Assembly: GCA_963739305.1 (NCBI GenBank)
Contig: CAVTZU010000020.1
Span: forward strand, 32,001-96,000
DNA length: 64,000 bases
Origin: Candidatus Bathyarchaeota archaeon
GTDB lineage: Archaea; Thermoproteota; Bathyarchaeia; Bathyarchaeales; Bathycorpusculaceae
Reading direction: 5' to 3'
Part shown: in pieces, positions 61,489 to 64,000 of the stretch
How the letters are laid out: the number at the start of each line of letters is the position of its first letter
Numbering within the stretch: position 1 is the first letter of the stretch
Notes under the pieces: generated by a model
Database searches by the model: none
Told to the model about the DNA's origin: nothing
The model's input: only the letters and a program-made list of their open reading frames with translations
Position numbers and translations under genes: made by a program

Positions 61489-61783
61489 GCTAAGAATAGA
61501 GAAAAGGTGATAGAACAATTCTCTATCACACTTTTTAAGCATCTTTATTCACGGTGTTCTTTGGGAGATATCTATGTCAATCGGGAATACGGGAGCAAAC
61601 CCTCATAAGCGTTGATATACCATTAATAACATGAACTAACCGCTTAATAAACAATGTGTCGAAATTGTAGAACGGAAAAACGCTAGACATCATACATGGG
61701 AATCATAAACCTGGCTTTGGGCTCTGGACAAGGCCGTTCTTGTTTTGTTTATGCTGGGCATTCGTGTTCAATGAGAACAATAA

Positions 61784-63135
61784 TTAACTGCTTTCTACCC
61801 ATCTTACCATTCTGCTTAAAGGGTTCATTCCCTCATGAGGAGCACCAACTGCAAAATAACCCATTTTACCTAGATGTGTTATTCTATCAACCCCCTTCAA
61901 AGTGAGTTCATCCCTTAGTTCAGTTGCTTTAACAAAAGGTTCAATCGCAACGACTTGTGTTTCTGGACCGATATAATCTAATGCATTTCTTATAGTTTTT
62001 ACAGGGACAAGAAATATCGTTCTTCCTAAGGGGTGCGTTTTTATTTCTTCTGGTTTATTCACAATAATTATTGTCCACTCCGTTTTTTCAGAAGCTAGGA
62101 CTTTATGGGCTCTAAACTCTGAATATAGTCTCGTATGAGTTATCACAGCGTGACTGTCTAAAGAACAGTATCCTTTGGCAATCTTTCATTTTCTTCTGTA
62201 AGACTTTCAGCTAAAAATTTAGCCGTATTTTTCAATGTCACCTTCAACAAAACCTATTTGTGGGCTGAAGCATCCTTCTTGGTCAAATAAAGTCAAATCA
62301 TGAGCTGCTTTTAGACTAACTTGCTTCAGGTCATTAAATGCTTCTTTTGCTATTAATTGAATCCCCCTTCTTGGACCAAATTCCAATAATTCAATTTTAG
62401 ATGGAGCCTCTTTCCTAATGGTTTCTACTGCTTCTTTTCCACCCCATACGCAGATACAATCTACAAAAGACATTAATTCATCAAGGATTTCCTTCTCATC
62501 GCTAGGCCAATAAACAACTGAAGTTGATTTTGTTATCGGATGTTCAGGGTCAACATCTAAATAAGACTGTGCAAGATATGCTGCAGTAACAACATCACCA
62601 CTTGGCATTTTTGCTATGTTGCAGTTCTTTGTTAATGTACCTCTTACCAAACTAAGTATGCTTACTGGCGGAACATTTCCTGCAAGAATATGTAAAACAT
62701 TTCCTCTTGGTTGACAATGAATTGATATTTCTCCTTTTTGAATCCACTCATCTAAAAGTCTCTTGTCACCAAGTTCGCTATTCAATGTTGTTTCTAGATA
62801 TTTTCTAGATAGCATTTCCTGAATTTGTTTCATCCCTAACTCAATCATTTCTCTAGAATATCCAGTCATTCTGCATGTTAAATCAACTGAGTTCTTCTCT
62901 TTTTTCATAAGCTTTTGATTCCCATAGCTTCTTCACATGTTGGTAGAAAGAAATGATTTCGATCAATGCTTAATTCATGAATCCCATTTTTATTAACTGC
63001 TTTCATTTCTTGGATGTCTTTATCTGAAACTTTAGGTAAACCAATTTCAAGTTCTCCTTCTTTAGATTCGAATTTAAGTAGATGGTCATTTCCCGTTTTT
63101 TCTTTTCCACAAATCATTGTTGGAATAAGGTTCAT
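61784..63135 (-). CDS. luxC: LuxC-like acyl-CoA reductase (split by at least two frameshifts)
   Basis: GYSREM, LDEW, PRG.VLHILAGNVP, LTKN, HPITKS.SV.YWP, WGG.EA, FGP, DQEGCFSPQ and G.PHEGM.PL.R.V. Confidence 0.85.
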
Positions 63136-63181
63136 AATACCACTTTGAGACAAACTTGGAGATTCGACATTTTGACCCTAT

Positions 63182-64000
63182 TCATGAACTATTTCTTGTT
63201 ATTAACTTCATAAATTCTTCTAGCCTAATTGCACAGCCTCTTGCACCTAATTCACTTGCTCTTCCTCTATGCTCAACTATTTGCCCTGTAATTCCACACT
63301 TACATTCTTCTCCCATACTGCACCCATATCCCCTGGAAGCGTAAATGCTGGATAAGAACTTACAAATGCACTCATTGCAGCAAGCAGACCAGTTTTACCT
63401 TCCTCAGCTTCTTCGTTGATATTTTCTGGATTTCTAATTGATATATGATACCAAGGTGGTACATGCTTGTTATGGTATTCACATTCTGGTATCATTCCCA
63501 TAATATCTGTTAATCCTAATCCATCTCTAATTTGATTTTCATTGATACCAAAGAATTCTGCCATGTCTTTATATAATTCCTCTTTCTGAAACCTCTCCCT
63601 TTACCCCTTTCCAACCACCTGTAATCATAAATCTTGACCCAACATCTAGCTTTATTTTTTTACCTTCTTTTTTCATATACTCTACTAAATTCCAATATGC
63701 AAAGGGCGGTCCATAAAGATGTTGAGCGTGTTTAGAACTTGTAATAAGTTCCAATATTTGTCCAGCATCAAATCTACCAGCTTTTGCAGCAAATTTTATG
63801 TTACTATCATTAAAACCCATCTTCTGGAAGGTTACATATGCCCCTCCAACTAACGCAACTTTAGTTTCTGTTGGAGGAGGAGCAAGAATAATAACACTGC
63901 CCGGCGTTATTCCCATAACTGTTTGCCATGATCTTGCATTAAAAATGGCATATCTTTCAATGGTTATTTTATCAAGTGGATACTTAACAGGGTTTTTGGA
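63182..64000 (-). CDS. luxE: LuxE-like acyl-protein synthetase, 3' part (two frameshifts; continues beyond window end)
   Basis: GPPF, ITGGWKG, IRD......ECE...KHVPPW, SYP.F...D.G and C.CG..G....GRA.....RGC. Confidence 0.85.

Noticed and set aside
523-63344. Many antisense or overlapping ORFs in the track (e.g. 5504-6148, 15808-16374, 24546-25175) and 5' extensions at 25798, 32443, 39287 and 61140
   Set aside because: They are shadows of well-supported genes, or run-ons through intergenic or repeat DNA, with no motifs or RBS.
20975-63916. Frameshifts in atpA, atpB, the beta-propeller gene, three beta-helix genes, the 60458 ORF, luxC and luxE read as programmed frameshifting, phase variation or pseudogenisation
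   Set aside because: They are single-base indels scattered over unrelated genes with no shared slippery site and otherwise intact sequence. Uncorrected long-read errors are the simplest explanation. Read polishing would decide.
61784-64000. Archaeal bioluminescence
   Set aside because: No luciferase genes in the window, and LuxC/LuxE homologues also occur in non-luminous organisms.
1-64000. tRNA, rRNA, transposase or integrase genes
   Set aside because: None recognised in the intergenic regions or ORFs inspected. A covariance-model search was not possible.

Overview
Archaeal chromosomal segment, most consistent with Bathyarchaeia. This is inferred from the gene content: A-type ATPase, PriS-like primase, SAMP, Lrp/AsnC regulators and NosD/dockerin/PEF-CTERM surface proteins. 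The left third is metabolic and housekeeping: CopA, protein disulfide oxidoreductase, OsmC, B12-dependent RNR, a methylmalonyl-CoA epimerase/carboxyltransferase/biotin-carrier/mutase cluster, ion transporters, and an ATPase operon with only soluble subunits (F-H-E-A-B-D). The middle is a mosaic of short accessory genes and gene fragments. 41.6-55.7 kb is a tandem array of seven secreted parallel beta-helix proteins with dockerin, cohesin or PEF-CTERM tails. The right end is an AT-rich luxE-luxC-like block. The strongest unexplained signal is a palindromic motif, consensus TAGCGCGCGCTA, seen about 30 times. It lies mostly between genes, but also at protein-domain junctions and exactly at both ends of a duplicated promoter+signal-peptide cassette. 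This points to a HIP-like or site-directed module-shuffling system. About ten single-base frameshifts are scattered through unrelated genes and are probably sequencing errors. No rRNA, tRNA, CRISPR array, transposase or integrase was recognised.
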